A stretch of 54,304 bases of DNA from Deltaproteobacteria bacterium (lineage in GTDB: Bacteria; Myxococcota_A; UBA9160; JAFDET01): positions 1 to 54,304 of the forward strand of contig JAFDET010000002.1 of assembly GCA_019310195.1 (NCBI GenBank), given 5' to 3'. The notes below the pieces were generated by a model. That model did no database searches, was not told the origin of the DNA, and was given only the letters and a program-made list of their open reading frames with translations. Position 1 is the stretch's first letter, and every line of letters begins with the position of its first letter. Positions 25,446 to 34,320 of the stretch are shown piece after piece. A program made the translations under genes and the position numbers.

Positions 25446-28085
25446 ATGTCCCCGGACAATCCCACCTACGTCCGCACCGCGCCCGAGGCCATCGCCGACC
25501 CGTTCTCGGCGATGACGCCGCGCTTCAGCTTCTTCCTCCGCCGCTTCGGCCGCCGCTTCTTCCGCCACCTGGAGCTCGACGAGTCCACTGTCGAGACCCT
25601 GCGCGGCCTCGAGTCCAAGGGCTCGGTGGTGTACGTGATGCGCTACGCCAGCCGCCTGGACTACTTCCTGTTCAACTGGCTCTTCCTGCGCGATGGTCTG
25701 CGGCTCTCGGGCTTCGCCAACGGCGTGGCCTTCTACTACTACCGCCCGCTCGTCGAAGCCGCGCGGCTGCTGTGGCGCCGCCTGGACCTGCATCGCTGGC
25801 TGCCCGGATCCGGGGAGCGCGCCCACGAGCACGAGCTGGGTCGCGAACACGTCCACGAGCTGGTGCGTTCCGGCGAGTCGCTCTTCCTGTTCATGCGCAC
25901 GGCGCGGGTGGGCTCGGTCCTGCAGGGCCGCCGCGACGCGGTGCGCGCCGGCCAGAACGAGCTGGACTTCCTGGGCGAGATCGTGGGCAGCGTCTGGAAC
26001 GACGACCGCCCGGTCTATCTGGTGCCGCTGGCGCTCTTCTGGCGCAAGGGACCGCGGCGCAGCGCCCGCCGCTTCCTGAACCTGGGTTACGGCGCCGCCA
26101 CGCGGCCCACCGACCTGGCCAAGGTCACGAGCTTTCTGCTCAACTACCGCAACCTCAAGATCAACGTGAGTGAGGCCATCGACCTGCGCGCCTTCGTCGG
26201 CGAGCGCCGCGCCGAAGGCGCTGCGACCCTGGCGCGCAAGGTCAGGCGCTCGCTGCTGCTGCACCTGTACCGCGAGGAGAAGGTGGTGCAGGGCGCGCCG
26301 ATCCAGCCCTTCCATCGCGTCGAAGAGGAGGTCTTCTCCGACGCCGCCTTCGGCACCGTGCTGACCGAGTACGCCCACCAGAAGGACATCCGCATCGAGG
26401 CCGCCCGCGCCCAGGCCTCCAAGATGCTGCGCGAGATTGCGGCGCGCATGAACTCGACCGTGCTGGCGATCCTCAGCATCGCCGTGACGCTGATCCTGCG
26501 CCGCATGTTTGGCAACATCGACGTGACCGGGCTGGAGAAGGTGGAGGGCTACTCGCGCCAGCACCCGATCGTGCTGGTGCCGAGCCATCGCTCCTACTTC
26601 GACTTCGTGATCCTCCAGTGGCTCTTCTACTCCCGGCACATGATGCCCCCCCACATCCTGGCGCGGGAGAACATGGGCTTCGGCCCCTTCGGCTTCCTGT
26701 TCCGCAGGGTCGGCGCCTTCTTCATGCGCCGCTCCTTCGACGACCCCCTCTACAAGGAGGTGTTCCGCCGCTACATCACGTACCTGGTGCGCCAGGGCTA
26801 CTCCCAGGAGTTCTTCATCGAGGGAGGCCGCTCGCGCACGGGCAAGAGCCTGACGCCCAAGCTCGGGTTCCTGAACTGGGATGTGGAAGCCTTCCTGGCT
26901 ACGGGCCGCCGCGACCTCTTCTTCGTGCCCACTGCCATCACCTACGAGCGCCTGGTGGAGGAGGGGGCCATGGTGCGCGAGCTGGAGGGCGACGAGAAGC
27001 AGGACGAGAGCATGCTGGGCCTGCTGCGCGCGCGAAAGTTCCTGCAGCTTCGCTTCGGAAGCGTCCACGTGAACTTCGGCGAGCCGATCTCGCTGGCCGA
27101 TGCCCTGGGCGACCGGCGCGAACGCTTCGCGGGCGCCGAGGCCCTGGCCGAGAGGCGCGAGTTCGTCGAGGGTCTGGGCAACCGCCTGGTCGAACGGATC
27201 AACTGGGCGGCCGTGGCGAACTCCACGTCCGTGGCGGCGTGTGCGCTGCTGGGCGAGCCGCGCCGTGGACTGCTGCGCCACGAGCTGGTGGCCCGCATGC
27301 AGCAGATCGTCGACCTGCTGCGCATCCAGGACGTGCGCATGACGGCCGCCCTGCAGGCCGACGAGGGCGAGTTCCGCGAGTCGATCGCCTTCCTGGAGCG
27401 CAGCGACTTGATCCACTCCATGGACGACTCCCATGGCGAGACGCTCTACTTCGATGAGTCCAAGCGCCGGGCCCTGGACATCTACCGCAACGCCATCATC
27501 CACTTCCTGGCGGCGCCCAGCTTCCTGGCCCTGGAGCTCGGCGAGGGCGGCACCGCCGCGGAGCTGCGCGGGCGCGTGGCCGGCTGGCTGGACCTGCTCT
27601 ACCAGGAGTTCTACGCGCCCCGGGAGGAGATCCTGGTGGCCCACGTGGACGGCTTCCTCGACTACTTCGAGCGCTTCGGCATGATCGAGCGCCGCGAAGA
27701 CCGGCTGCTGGCCAGTGAGAAGGGCCGCGCCTACTTCGCGTTCCTTTCCGCCCAGACGCGCGGCGTGCTCGAGGCCTACTGCGCGGCCTTCACCGCGGCG
27801 CAGGAGCTGGGCGAGGAGCCCGTCGGCCGCCGTGCGCTGCAGAAGCGGATCGAGGCGCAGTTCGAGCGCGCGCAGCTGCTGGGCGTTGCGTTGCGCCCCG
27901 AGGGGCGCAACCCCATCACCTTCCAGAACGCGTTGGAGCTGCTGGCGCGCCGGCGCATCCTGGTGCGCAGTCTGGGGCGTCGCGGCCGGGATCGTCGTCG
28001 CGAGCCCAGCTTCTCTCGCGGGCCGGCCTTCGACGAGCTCGGCGCGCTTTGCGAGCGGCTGGCGGCCGTCCTCGTCCACGGGTAG
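25446..28085 (+). CDS. plsB: glycerol-3-phosphate 1-O-acyltransferase PlsB
   Basis: 879 aa. Acyltransferase HX4D motif [11 protein letters not shown], and [12 protein letters not shown]. Confidence 0.9.
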   Translation: MSPDNPTYVRTAPEAIADPFSAMTPRFSFFLRRFGRRFFRHLELDESTVETLRGLESKGSVVYVMRYASRLDYFLFNWLFLRDGLRLSGFANGVAFYYYRPLVEAARLLWRRLDLHRWLPGSGERAHEHELGREHVHELVRSGESLFLFMRTARVGSVLQGRRDAVRAGQNELDFLGEIVGSVWNDDRPVYLVPLALFWRKGPRRSARRFLNLGYGAATRPTDLAKVTSFLLNYRNLKINVSEAIDLRAFVGERRAEGAATLARKVRRSLLLHLYREEKVVQGAPIQPFHRVEEEVFSDAAFGTVLTEYAHQKDIRIEAARAQASKMLREIAARMNSTVLAILSIAVTLILRRMFGNIDVTGLEKVEGYSRQHPIVLVPSHRSYFDFVILQWLFYSRHMMPPHILARENMGFGPFGFLFRRVGAFFMRRSFDDPLYKEVFRRYITYLVRQGYSQEFFIEGGRSRTGKSLTPKLGFLNWDVEAFLATGRRDLFFVPTAITYERLVEEGAMVRELEGDEKQDESMLGLLRARKFLQLRFGSVHVNFGEPISLADALGDRRERFAGAEALAERREFVEGLGNRLVERINWAAVANSTSVAACALLGEPRRGLLRHELVARMQQIVDLLRIQDVRMTAALQADEGEFRESIAFLERSDLIHSMDDSHGETLYFDESKRRALDIYRNAIIHFLAAPSFLALELGEGGTAAELRGRVAGWLDLLYQEFYAPREEILVAHVDGFLDYFERFGMIERREDRLLASEKGRAYFAFLSAQTRGVLEAYCAAFTAAQELGEEPVGRRALQKRIEAQFERAQLLGVALRPEGRNPITFQNALELLARRRILVRSLGRRGRDRRREPSFSRGPAFDELGALCERLAAVLVHG

Positions 28086-28110
28086 GCTCCTCCTCCCTCT
28101 GGGGGAGGCC

Positions 28111-28500
28111 ATGGACGCGATCCTGAACGAACTGGACTTCGAGAAGGGCGGCGGCCTGGTGACCGCCATCGCCCAGGACGACGCGACTGGCGAGATCCTG
28201 ATGGTCGCCTACATGAACGCCGACTCGTTTCGCAAGACGCTGGAGACGGGCGAAGTGCACTACTGGAGCCGCAGTCGCAAGCAGCTGTGGCACAAGGGGC
28301 AGGAGAGCGGAAACGTGCAGCGCCTGAAGGGCCTCTTCCTGGACTGCGACGGCGACGCGGTGCTGGTACGCGTGGAGCAGGTGGGTGGCGCCGCCTGTCA
28401 CACCGGCAAGCGCAGCTGCTTCTTCCGCCGGGCCGACGGCGACGTTCTGGTGGACGAGGGCGAGCAGGTCTTCGACCCCGCCCAGGTGTACAAGCGATGA
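28111..28500 (+). CDS. hisI: phosphoribosyl-AMP cyclohydrolase
   Basis: GGAGG Shine-Dalgarno. ..[45 protein letters not shown]. Confidence 0.9.
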   Translation: MDAILNELDFEKGGGLVTAIAQDDATGEILMVAYMNADSFRKTLETGEVHYWSRSRKQLWHKGQESGNVQRLKGLFLDCDGDAVLVRVEQVGGAACHTGKRSCFFRRADGDVLVDEGEQVFDPAQVYKR

Positions 28501-29414
28501 GCCCGGCACGGCGTCGCGCGAAGCCGAAGGCCGGCGGAACGAAGGGTGTCCTGCGCATCGGGCTGCCCAAGGGAAGCCTCCAGGAGACCACCGGGCGGCT
28601 CTTTGCACAGGCCGGCTACCAGATCACCATCCGTGACCGCTCCTACTACCCGGCCATCGACGACCCGGAGCTGGAGTGCATCCTGATCCGCGCCCAGGAG
28701 ATGGCCCGCTACGTGGAGCAGGGCGTCATGGACGCCGGCATCACCGGCCTGGACTGGGTGCTGGAAAATCGAGCCAAGGTGAAGGAGCTGGCGGACCTGC
28801 GCGCACCCTGGCCCAACTACCGACCGGTGCGTTGGGTGCTGGCGGTGAAGGAGGGCTCGCCGATCAAGCGGCCCGCGCACCTCCAGGGCAAGCGCATCGC
28901 CACCGAGGCCGTCGGCCTGACCCGGCGTTATCTGAGGCAGCACAAGGTCAAGGCGGACGTGGAGTTCTCCTGGGGCGCCACCGAGGTGAAGCCCCCGGTC
29001 CTGGCCGATGCCATCGTGGACGTGTCCGAGACCGGGTCGAGCCTTCGGGCCAACAACCTGCGGGTGCTCGACACGGTGCTGGAGAGCACGCCGCGCTTCG
29101 TGGCCAACAGGGATGCGTACGAGGATCCCTGGAAGCGGCGCAAGATGGAGCGCCTGCTCCTGCTGCTCAAGGGCGCCATCGATGCCGCGGACCGGGTGGG
29201 TCTGATGCTCAACGTGCGCCGCGATCACCTGGACCGCGTCCTCGAGCTGCTTCCCGCCCTGGCGACGCCCACCATCTCTACCTTGTCCGACGAACGCTGG
29301 GCGGCGGTCAATACGGTGATCGAGGAGCGGCTGGTGCGGGACCTGATCCCGCAGCTGGCCGAGTCCGGCGCCCAGGGCATCGTGGAGTACCCGCTCAACA
29401 AGATCCTCCTCTGA
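28497..29414 (+). CDS. hisG: ATP phosphoribosyltransferase (long form)
   Basis: ATGA overlap with his[20 protein letters not shown], and [12 protein letters not shown]-like motif. Confidence 0.9.
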   Translation: MSPARRRAKPKAGGTKGVLRIGLPKGSLQETTGRLFAQAGYQITIRDRSYYPAIDDPELECILIRAQEMARYVEQGVMDAGITGLDWVLENRAKVKELADLRAPWPNYRPVRWVLAVKEGSPIKRPAHLQGKRIATEAVGLTRRYLRQHKVKADVEFSWGATEVKPPVLADAIVDVSETGSSLRANNLRVLDTVLESTPRFVANRDAYEDPWKRRKMERLLLLLKGAIDAADRVGLMLNVRRDHLDRVLELLPALATPTISTLSDERWAAVNTVIEERLVRDLIPQLAESGAQGIVEYPLNKILL

Positions 29415-29427
29415 GGGGCTGCGGCGC

Positions 29428-29976
29428 GTGATCGGCCGCCTGCGCCGCTTGGCGGGCCTGGCGCCCGCGTATGCGCGCACCGCCTGGTGGGGCATGGTGG
29501 GCCCGCGCCGGGAGCGCGCGCCGCTGCTGGTGGTGCAGGCCGCGGTGCTCGGCCCGGATGGAATCCTGCTCTCCCTGCGCTCGGACCTGTGGGGCTGGGA
29601 GCTGCCCGGCGGGAACTTGCAGGCCGACGAGGTGCCGGAGGCGGCGCTGCGCCGCGAGGTGCGTGAGGAGACCGGGCTCGATGTGGAGTTGGAGGCGCAC
29701 GTGGGCGACTACGTGCGCAGCGGCTTCCGTCCCCATCGCGCACGCGTCTATCGCTGCCGGGTGTCGGGTGGGGCGCTTACCCCCAGTGATGAGACGCCGC
29801 GTGTGGCGTGGTTCCCCACCGACGCGCTGCCGGACGCTCTGTTCGCCTGGTACCGAGCGCCGATCGAAGATGCGTTGGCCCGGCTCCAGCAGCCCGTGGA
29901 GCGGCACGAACACCTGGGGCTCGCGGCCATCCTCGCGGCCGCCCGCATCGACCTCCGTACGCGTTGGCGGGGGTGA
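29428..29976 (+). CDS. NUDIX hydrolase
   Basis: Nudix box GWELPGGNLQADEVPEAALRREVREETGL. Confidence 0.8.
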   Translation: MIGRLRRLAGLAPAYARTAWWGMVGPRRERAPLLVVQAAVLGPDGILLSLRSDLWGWELPGGNLQADEVPEAALRREVREETGLDVELEAHVGDYVRSGFRPHRARVYRCRVSGGALTPSDETPRVAWFPTDALPDALFAWYRAPIEDALARLQQPVERHEHLGLAAILAAARIDLRTRWRG

Positions 29977-30057
29977 CGCGCGTGGGCCGGCGGGCGGAGG
30001 TGATCGGCGAGCGGACCGGGTGCTTGCCCGTGGCTCGGTGCGCGCGATCCAACGAAA

Positions 30058-30080
30058 ACGCCCGGCCAAAGGCCGGGCGT
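30058..30080. terminator. bidirectional intrinsic terminator hairpin
   Basis: ACGCCCGGCC-AAA-GGCCGGGCGT (10-bp stem). TTTCGTT follows on the minus strand and CTTCTGCTTCTT on the plus strand. It sits between the convergent NUDIX and Zn-ribbon genes. Confidence 0.6.
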
Positions 30081-30121
30081 CTTCTGCTTCTTCGCCGAAG
30101 CGATCGCGATTGGCGCGGTGG

Positions 30122-30619
30122 TCAGCGCGCCTGCTCGCGCAATCCGCTGGCTTCCCACTCCTTGCTGAGCTGGTGAAGCTTCTTCTGGAACTCCTCGAAG
30201 CTCTCGTCGAAGGAGAGGATGATCTCCGTGGTCCGGGGGATGTCGTCGCCGTTGAGCAGGCCCCGGTAGCGGTTCAGGTTCGCGAGGATCGCCTCGGCCA
30301 CCTTGAGCGCCCGCTTCTCGGTCTTGATGAGCGGTGACTGCAGCGTGTAGACGTTGTTGCGGCCCCACAGGCTCTCGTCGCGAACGATGGCGATCTCGCG
30401 GTAGATGCCGTTGATGGGGTCGAAGTTGTACTCGACCCGGACCTCCTTGAAGATGTCCGAGTTCCCGGTGTAGAAGCCACGTTCCTTCTCCACCTTGCCC
30501 AGCTGGCGGCAGCGCGGACAGTAGAAGGTGTCACCGTGGTTCAGCAGGAACACGCCCTTGGCGTAGTCCTCGCAGTCCGTGTTCTCGCAGTATCCGACGC
30601 CGCGCTTCATGCTCGCCAT
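30122..30619 (-). CDS. hypothetical Zn-ribbon protein (no family recognised)
   Basis: C-x4-C...C-x2-C (CENTDC..CPRC). G/C-rich third codon positions despite a K/E/N/Y/F/I-rich protein. GGAG 11 nt upstream of the ATG at 30619 (GTG 30631 is an alternative). Own terminator downstream. Confidence 0.7.
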   Translation of the reverse strand: MASMKRGVGYCENTDCEDYAKGVFLLNHGDTFYCPRCRQLGKVEKERGFYTGNSDIFKEVRVEYNFDPINGIYREIAIVRDESLWGRNNVYTLQSPLIKTEKRALKVAEAILANLNRYRGLLNGDDIPRTTEIILSFDESFEEFQKKLHQLSKEWEASGLREQAR

Positions 30620-30696
30620 GCTCGTTGCCACTCCAGTTCGCCGCGGAATGTCGCCTTGCGGGGCGCCAGGCGACCAACGGCCGCGCTCTCCAGTGA

Positions 30697-30712
30697 TTCA
30701 AGCCCCGTGCCA
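30697..30712 (-). promoter_or_regulatory. sigma-54 (-24/-12) promoter candidate
   Basis: The minus strand reads cTGGCACGgggcTTGAAt, compared with the consensus TGGCACG-N4-TTGCW. The only mismatch is the C of the -12 GC. It lies about 80 nt upstream of the Zn-ribbon gene ATG. Confidence 0.45.
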
Positions 30713-30763
30713 GATCGGGCTCGGCCGTGCGTTTCCAGCGTGCCGACGGTCTGGTGGGGGGGG

Positions 30764-30779
30764 AAGGTGCGCGCACCTT
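30764..30779. promoter_or_regulatory. perfect 16-bp palindrome AAGGTGCGCGCACCTT (candidate activator/operator site)
   Basis: Exact dyad symmetry about 55-80 bp upstream of the sigma-54 element. Related GGTGCA repeats lie at 30863-30868 and 30887-30892. Confidence 0.45.
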
Positions 30780-31039
30780 GCGCGCCCGTGATGGGCTCCG
30801 CGGTCGGGCCGGCGGTTGCTAGCGAACCGCTTTTGGGAAGCGGGCTACCCACTCGGTCTGCCGGTGCAAGAGAGTTCGGAGCGACGGGTGCATCTGCGCA
30901 CGGAATAGCCGAAAGCGCAGCCGGAACGCGCACTTGGCCATGGGGGGTAGGGCGCAATGTCACTCCTGGTACCGGAAGACCGCAGCCGTATGTGGAGCTT
31001 GCAGCTGATATTGCTTGTACCTCCGCGGCCCCACTCTTG

Positions 31040-31167
31040 TCAAGCTCGATCGGCCTCCGGGGCCTCTGCCAGGCGCCGGCGCAGGGACCTGCGCTCGCGA
31101 AAAAAGTGCACGCCGTAGGCGGTGAGAAGCCCCCCACGAGCCCGTACGCGATCACCACGTAGGTCAT
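31040..31167 (-). pseudogene. CcmD-like small membrane protein, frameshifted in a homopolymer
   Basis: ATG frame gives MTYVVIAYGLVGG. After the run at 31130-31135, a second frame gives LLTAYGVHFFRERRSLRRRLAEAPEADRA*. Joined, they resemble heme exporter CcmD. Confidence 0.35.
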
Positions 31168-31583
31168 CTCGCCACACTTCCAGCAGGCTCGCCTCGGCTG
31201 CGCTGGGCCAGCGCCGAGAGGTCGTGCTCGTCCAGCAGGGAGGCTACGCGCGCGGGCGCTTCGCGTACCGCGTAGAGTCGCGCGGCGAAGAGCAGCTGCT
31301 CGCGCGCCGTGAGCGCGGGGTGGAGCAGCGTGGCGTGGCCCACGTAGCCGACCTGGCGGCGCGCCGCGCATCGCTCGGTGGCCGCAGATCCGACTCGCAG
31401 CTCGCCTGCGCTGGGCCGGGCCAGGCCCGCCGTCCGGCGCAGTAGCGTGGACTTGCCCGCGCCGCTTGGGGCCGACGACCGCCAGCACGGCGCCGGCGGC
31501 CACCTCCAAGTTCGGTCCACGCAGGGCGGGCACGGGGCCGAACCGCTCTCGAGGCCGCGGGCCTCGATCACCGCTGCGCTCAC
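31164..31583 (-). pseudogene. ABC transporter ATP-binding protein fragment (CcmA-like), scrambled and 3'-truncated
   Basis: AAGGGAG Shine-Dalgarno plus GTG at 31583. The ABC-like text switches frames (..IEARGLE | RFGPVPALRGPNLEVAAGAVLAVVGP | SGAGKSTLL..). The ORF stops just after the Q-loop, and no Walker B or H-loop is present. Confidence 0.6.
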
Positions 31584-31758
31584 CCGTGGGCTCCCTTGGG
31601 GTCGTCGGCGCCGACCTGCGCACCGACCGGCATCTGGGTTCCCTTGGACACGGCCGGGGGAATCGAGCACCTCCCCCGGGCCGGAAAGAAACCCGAAGTC
31701 GCAGACTTAGGCCATCGCGGTCGACAGCCGCGAAGGTCGCGGCTACTCGGGGAAGGCC

Positions 31759-32913
31759 ATGTCCCTGAAGTTCCATCCTCGGGTCGATCAGCTCGAGCCG
31801 TTCCTGGCCATGGAGGTCATGGAGCGCGCCTTCGCCATGGAGCGCGAGGGCGCCCGGGTGATCCACTTCGGGGTGGGCGAGCCCGGGGTCGCGCCTCCGC
31901 CGGAAGCCGTGGACGCCTGCGTGGCGGCGCTGCGCGGAGGCGAGACTCGCTACACGGACAGCCGCGGCCTGGTCGAGCTTCGCCGGGCCGTCGCCGCCGA
32001 GCAGGCACGGCGCAGCGGGCAGGCGGTCGATCCCGATCAGGTCCTGGTCACCAGCGGCACCTCGCCGGCCATGCTGCTGGTGTTCGGCCTGCTGGCCGGG
32101 CCCGGCGACGAGATCATTCTGGGAACGCCGCACTACCCCTGCTATCCGAGCTTCATCCGCTTCTGCGGCGGGACGCCGGTGTTGGTAGCCACGGGGCCCG
32201 GCGACGGCTGGCAGCTCGATCCCGCGGCGGTGCGCGCCGCCGTGACGCCCCGCACCCGCGCCATCGTCGTCGGCTCGCCGGCCAACCCCACCGGCGCGGT
32301 GCAGGCGGCCGAGACCCTGGACGCATTGGGCGCCCTGGGTCCTCCGCTGATCTCCGACGAGATCTACCACGGCCTCACCTACGACGGTGTCCAGGCGGCC
32401 TCGGCCCTGGGGCGCGCGGAGCACGTCTTCGTGCTGGACGGCTTCTCGAAGCGCTACGCCATGACCGGCTTCCGCCTCGGCTATGCGGTGGTGCCGCCGG
32501 CGGCGCTGCGGAAGCTCCAGGTCATGCAGCAGAACCTCTTCATCTCGGCCAACCGCTTCGTGCAGCACGCGGGCGTGGCGGCCCTGGAGCACGGTGCGCC
32601 CATGGTGGAGCGGCTGCGCAAGTCGCTGGACGGGCGCCGGCTGCGCATGGTCGAAGGGCTGCGCGAGCTGGGGCTGGGGGTGGAGCGCCCGCCCCAGGGC
32701 GCCTTCTACGTCTTCGCCGACGCGCGCCGCTTCGGCAGCGACTCCCTGCGCCTGGCCTTCGACATCCTGGAGCGGGCCCAGGTGGCCTGCACCCCGGGCA
32801 TCGACTTCGGCGCGGCAGGGGAGGGATTCCTGCGCTTCTCCTACACCGCTTCGGAGGCGGACCTGGAGGAGGGGCTGAAGCGCCTGGCCCGGGCGCTGCC
32901 GGAGCTGGCATGA
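31759..32913 (+). CDS. pyridoxal-phosphate-dependent aminotransferase (class I)
   Basis: ..SPANPTG.., and FSKRYAMTGFRLGY with the PLP lysine. Confidence 0.9.
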   Translation: MSLKFHPRVDQLEPFLAMEVMERAFAMEREGARVIHFGVGEPGVAPPPEAVDACVAALRGGETRYTDSRGLVELRRAVAAEQARRSGQAVDPDQVLVTSGTSPAMLLVFGLLAGPGDEIILGTPHYPCYPSFIRFCGGTPVLVATGPGDGWQLDPAAVRAAVTPRTRAIVVGSPANPTGAVQAAETLDALGALGPPLISDEIYHGLTYDGVQAASALGRAEHVFVLDGFSKRYAMTGFRLGYAVVPPAALRKLQVMQQNLFISANRFVQHAGVAALEHGAPMVERLRKSLDGRRLRMVEGLRELGLGVERPPQGAFYVFADARRFGSDSLRLAFDILERAQVACTPGIDFGAAGEGFLRFSYTASEADLEEGLKRLARALPELA

Positions 32914-33524
32914 AGGTCATCGGCGCCGAGTTCGAGACCACGGCCGCCGACGCCGGCGGGCTGCCCCGCGACGGCCTGCCCGAGGTGGCGTTCCTGGGGC
33001 GCTCCAACTGGGGCAAGTCCAGTCTGCTGAACCGCTTGTCGGGGCGCCGCGGTCTGGCTCGGACCAGCGGGACGCCGGGCAAGACGCGACTGCTGCACTT
33101 CTTCCGGCTGCGGCGCCGGGGAGGGGGGCGCGACGCGGAGCTTCTGCTCGTCGACCTGCCGGGCTACGGCTTCGCGCGGGTGTCGCGGGCGGAGCGCGCG
33201 CGCTGGCAGGGGTTGGTGGAGAGCTACCTGGACGGGCGGGCTCCGCTGCGCGCCGCGGTGCTGCTGCAGGATCTGCGCAGGGACGTGTCCGACGACGAGT
33301 TGGACCTGGTGGCCTGGCTCGAGGAACGCTCGATCCCGGTGATCGTGGCGCTGACCAAGTGCGACAAGCTCAAGCCCATGCGCCGCGCAGCCCGAGTGCG
33401 CGAGCTGACGGCGGCCTACGAGCTGCCCGGCGAGCGCGTCGTCGCCACCTCCGCCACCAGCGGCCTGGGCATCGACGCCCTCTGGCGCGCCATCGACACC
33501 ACCCTCACCCAGAACCGGAACTGA
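32910..33524 (+). CDS. engB: ribosome biogenesis GTPase YsxC/EngB
   Basis: ATGA overlap. G1 GRSNWGKSS, DLPGYG, TKCDK. Confidence 0.9.
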   Translation: MKVIGAEFETTAADAGGLPRDGLPEVAFLGRSNWGKSSLLNRLSGRRGLARTSGTPGKTRLLHFFRLRRRGGGRDAELLLVDLPGYGFARVSRAERARWQGLVESYLDGRAPLRAAVLLQDLRRDVSDDELDLVAWLEERSIPVIVALTKCDKLKPMRRAARVRELTAAYELPGERVVATSATSGLGIDALWRAIDTTLTQNRN

Positions 33525-33546
33525 CGGGACCCGGAACTGACGGGAC
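33515..33546 (+). repeat. perfect 16-bp tandem direct repeat CCGGAACTGACGGGAC x2
   Basis: Copy 1 contains the engB stop codon. Copy 2 forms the 5' arm of the downstream hairpin. Confidence 0.95.
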
Positions 33547-33563
33547 TGTCCCGTCAGTTCCGG
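33531..33563. terminator. hairpin between convergent engB and cofE
   Basis: CCGGAACTGACGGGA-CTG-TCCCGTCAGTTCCGG (15-bp perfect stem). No U-tract. Confidence 0.55.
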
Positions 33564-33567
33564 TTGG

Positions 33568-34320
33568 TTAGCGGAAGAGGTCGCCGGCGGGGTTTCGCAG
33601 GATGCTGGCCAGGGGGGCGTCGCCGTGGATCGTCACGCCTTCGATCCACACCGCGGGGATGCCTGAGGCCTTCTCCATCAGGAGCCCGGCGGCGGCGGCG
33701 AGCTGGTCGGCGGTGGCGCTGACGGTGACCTGCAGGTCGCGTCCGGACAGGTCGCGCGTGCCACGTGCGTCCGTCAGCGGGGCCAGGCCCGCGCAGCCGA
33801 TCGCCTGATCCACCAGGCCCTCGCGCCAGGGCCGGCCGAAGGTGTCCGACACCACGACTCCCAGGCGCTCGTCCGGCCCTGCCAGCGCGTCGCGCAGGCG
33901 TCGCGCCGAGGCGTCCGGGTCCTCGGGCAGCAGCACGGCTACGTCCGGGCCGGGGGCGTTGGAGAGGTCGACCCCGGCGTTGGCGCACACGAAGCCGTGG
34001 TGGGTCTCGGTGATGAGGACGCCGTGCCCGCGGCGCACGATGCGCCGGCTCTCGCGCAGCACCAGCTCCACCTGGCGAGGATCCTTGCCGTCCTCCGCGG
34101 CGATGCGCTGCGCCTCGGGTCCGGGCTCCAGCGAGGACAGCTCGACCAGCCGGCCCTCGGCCTTGGAGACCACCTTCTGGCACACCACCAGGGCGCCGTC
34201 GCGTAACTCGATACCCGCCCGCTCGGCTGCCGCTCGCAGCAGCAGCGCCAGGTCGTCGCCCGGCGCTACGGCGGGCACCCCTTGCAGGGCGCGCAGGCGG
34301 ATCTCCGGCGTCGCCGTCAC
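33568..34320 (-). CDS. cofE: coenzyme F420-0:L-glutamate ligase (stand-alone CofE)
   Basis: ..VVCQKVVSKAEGR.., ..ITETHHGFVCANAGVD.., ..VVVSDTFGRPWREG... Confidence 0.85.
   Translation of the reverse strand: MTATPEIRLRALQGVPAVAPGDDLALLLRAAAERAGIELRDGALVVCQKVVSKAEGRLVELSSLEPGPEAQRIAAEDGKDPRQVELVLRESRRIVRRGHGVLITETHHGFVCANAGVDLSNAPGPDVAVLLPEDPDASARRLRDALAGPDERLGVVVSDTFGRPWREGLVDQAIGCAGLAPLTDARGTRDLSGRDLQVTVSATADQLAAAAGLLMEKASGIPAVWIEGVTIHGDAPLASILRNPAGDLFR

Noticed and set aside
30819-30941. 40-aa Arg-rich minus-strand ORF (MAKCAFRLRFRLFRAQMHPSLRTLLHRQTEWVARFPKAVR) inside the spacer.
   Set aside because: It has no Shine-Dalgarno, only moderate third-position GC, and no recognisable fold or motif. 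It is indistinguishable from a chance ORF.
30632-31039. Possible RNase P RNA, tmRNA, SRP RNA, tRNA or riboswitch in the long spacer. The size is compatible with RNase P or tmRNA, and a CCGGAAG motif is present.
   Set aside because: I found no GGAAAGUCCGG or ACAGAAnCCGGCUUA (RNase P). There is no GGUUCGAnUCC T-arm followed by a CCA-type 3' end (tmRNA/tRNA). There is no symmetric hairpin around the GGAA (SRP). There is no B12-box or other riboswitch core. An unknown ncRNA remains possible, but I cannot support a call.
31041-31167. Reading the CcmD-like ATG frame straight on as a 187-aa protein (31167 to 30607).
   Set aside because: After the first 13 codons the product is Pro/Ala/Gly-rich with many A/T-ending codons (caa gca ata tca gct gca ... 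gta cca gga). It also crosses the promoter-like elements. The frameshifted CcmD-like reading explains the sequence better.
30607-32592. 661-aa minus-strand ORF spanning the non-coding spacer, the ccm remnant and the antisense of the aminotransferase gene.
   Set aside because: It is composite. Only about 26 codons (RFGPVPALRGPNLEVAAGAVLAVVGP) are genuine ABC text. The rest is antisense to a real gene or uses many A/T-ending codons atypical for this genome.
32995-33024. The EngB G1 motif reads GRSNWGKSS rather than the usual GRSNVGKSS.
   Set aside because: It is a hydrophobic substitution at a non-catalytic P-loop position. The GxxxxGK[ST] pattern is intact, so this is not evidence of anything unusual.
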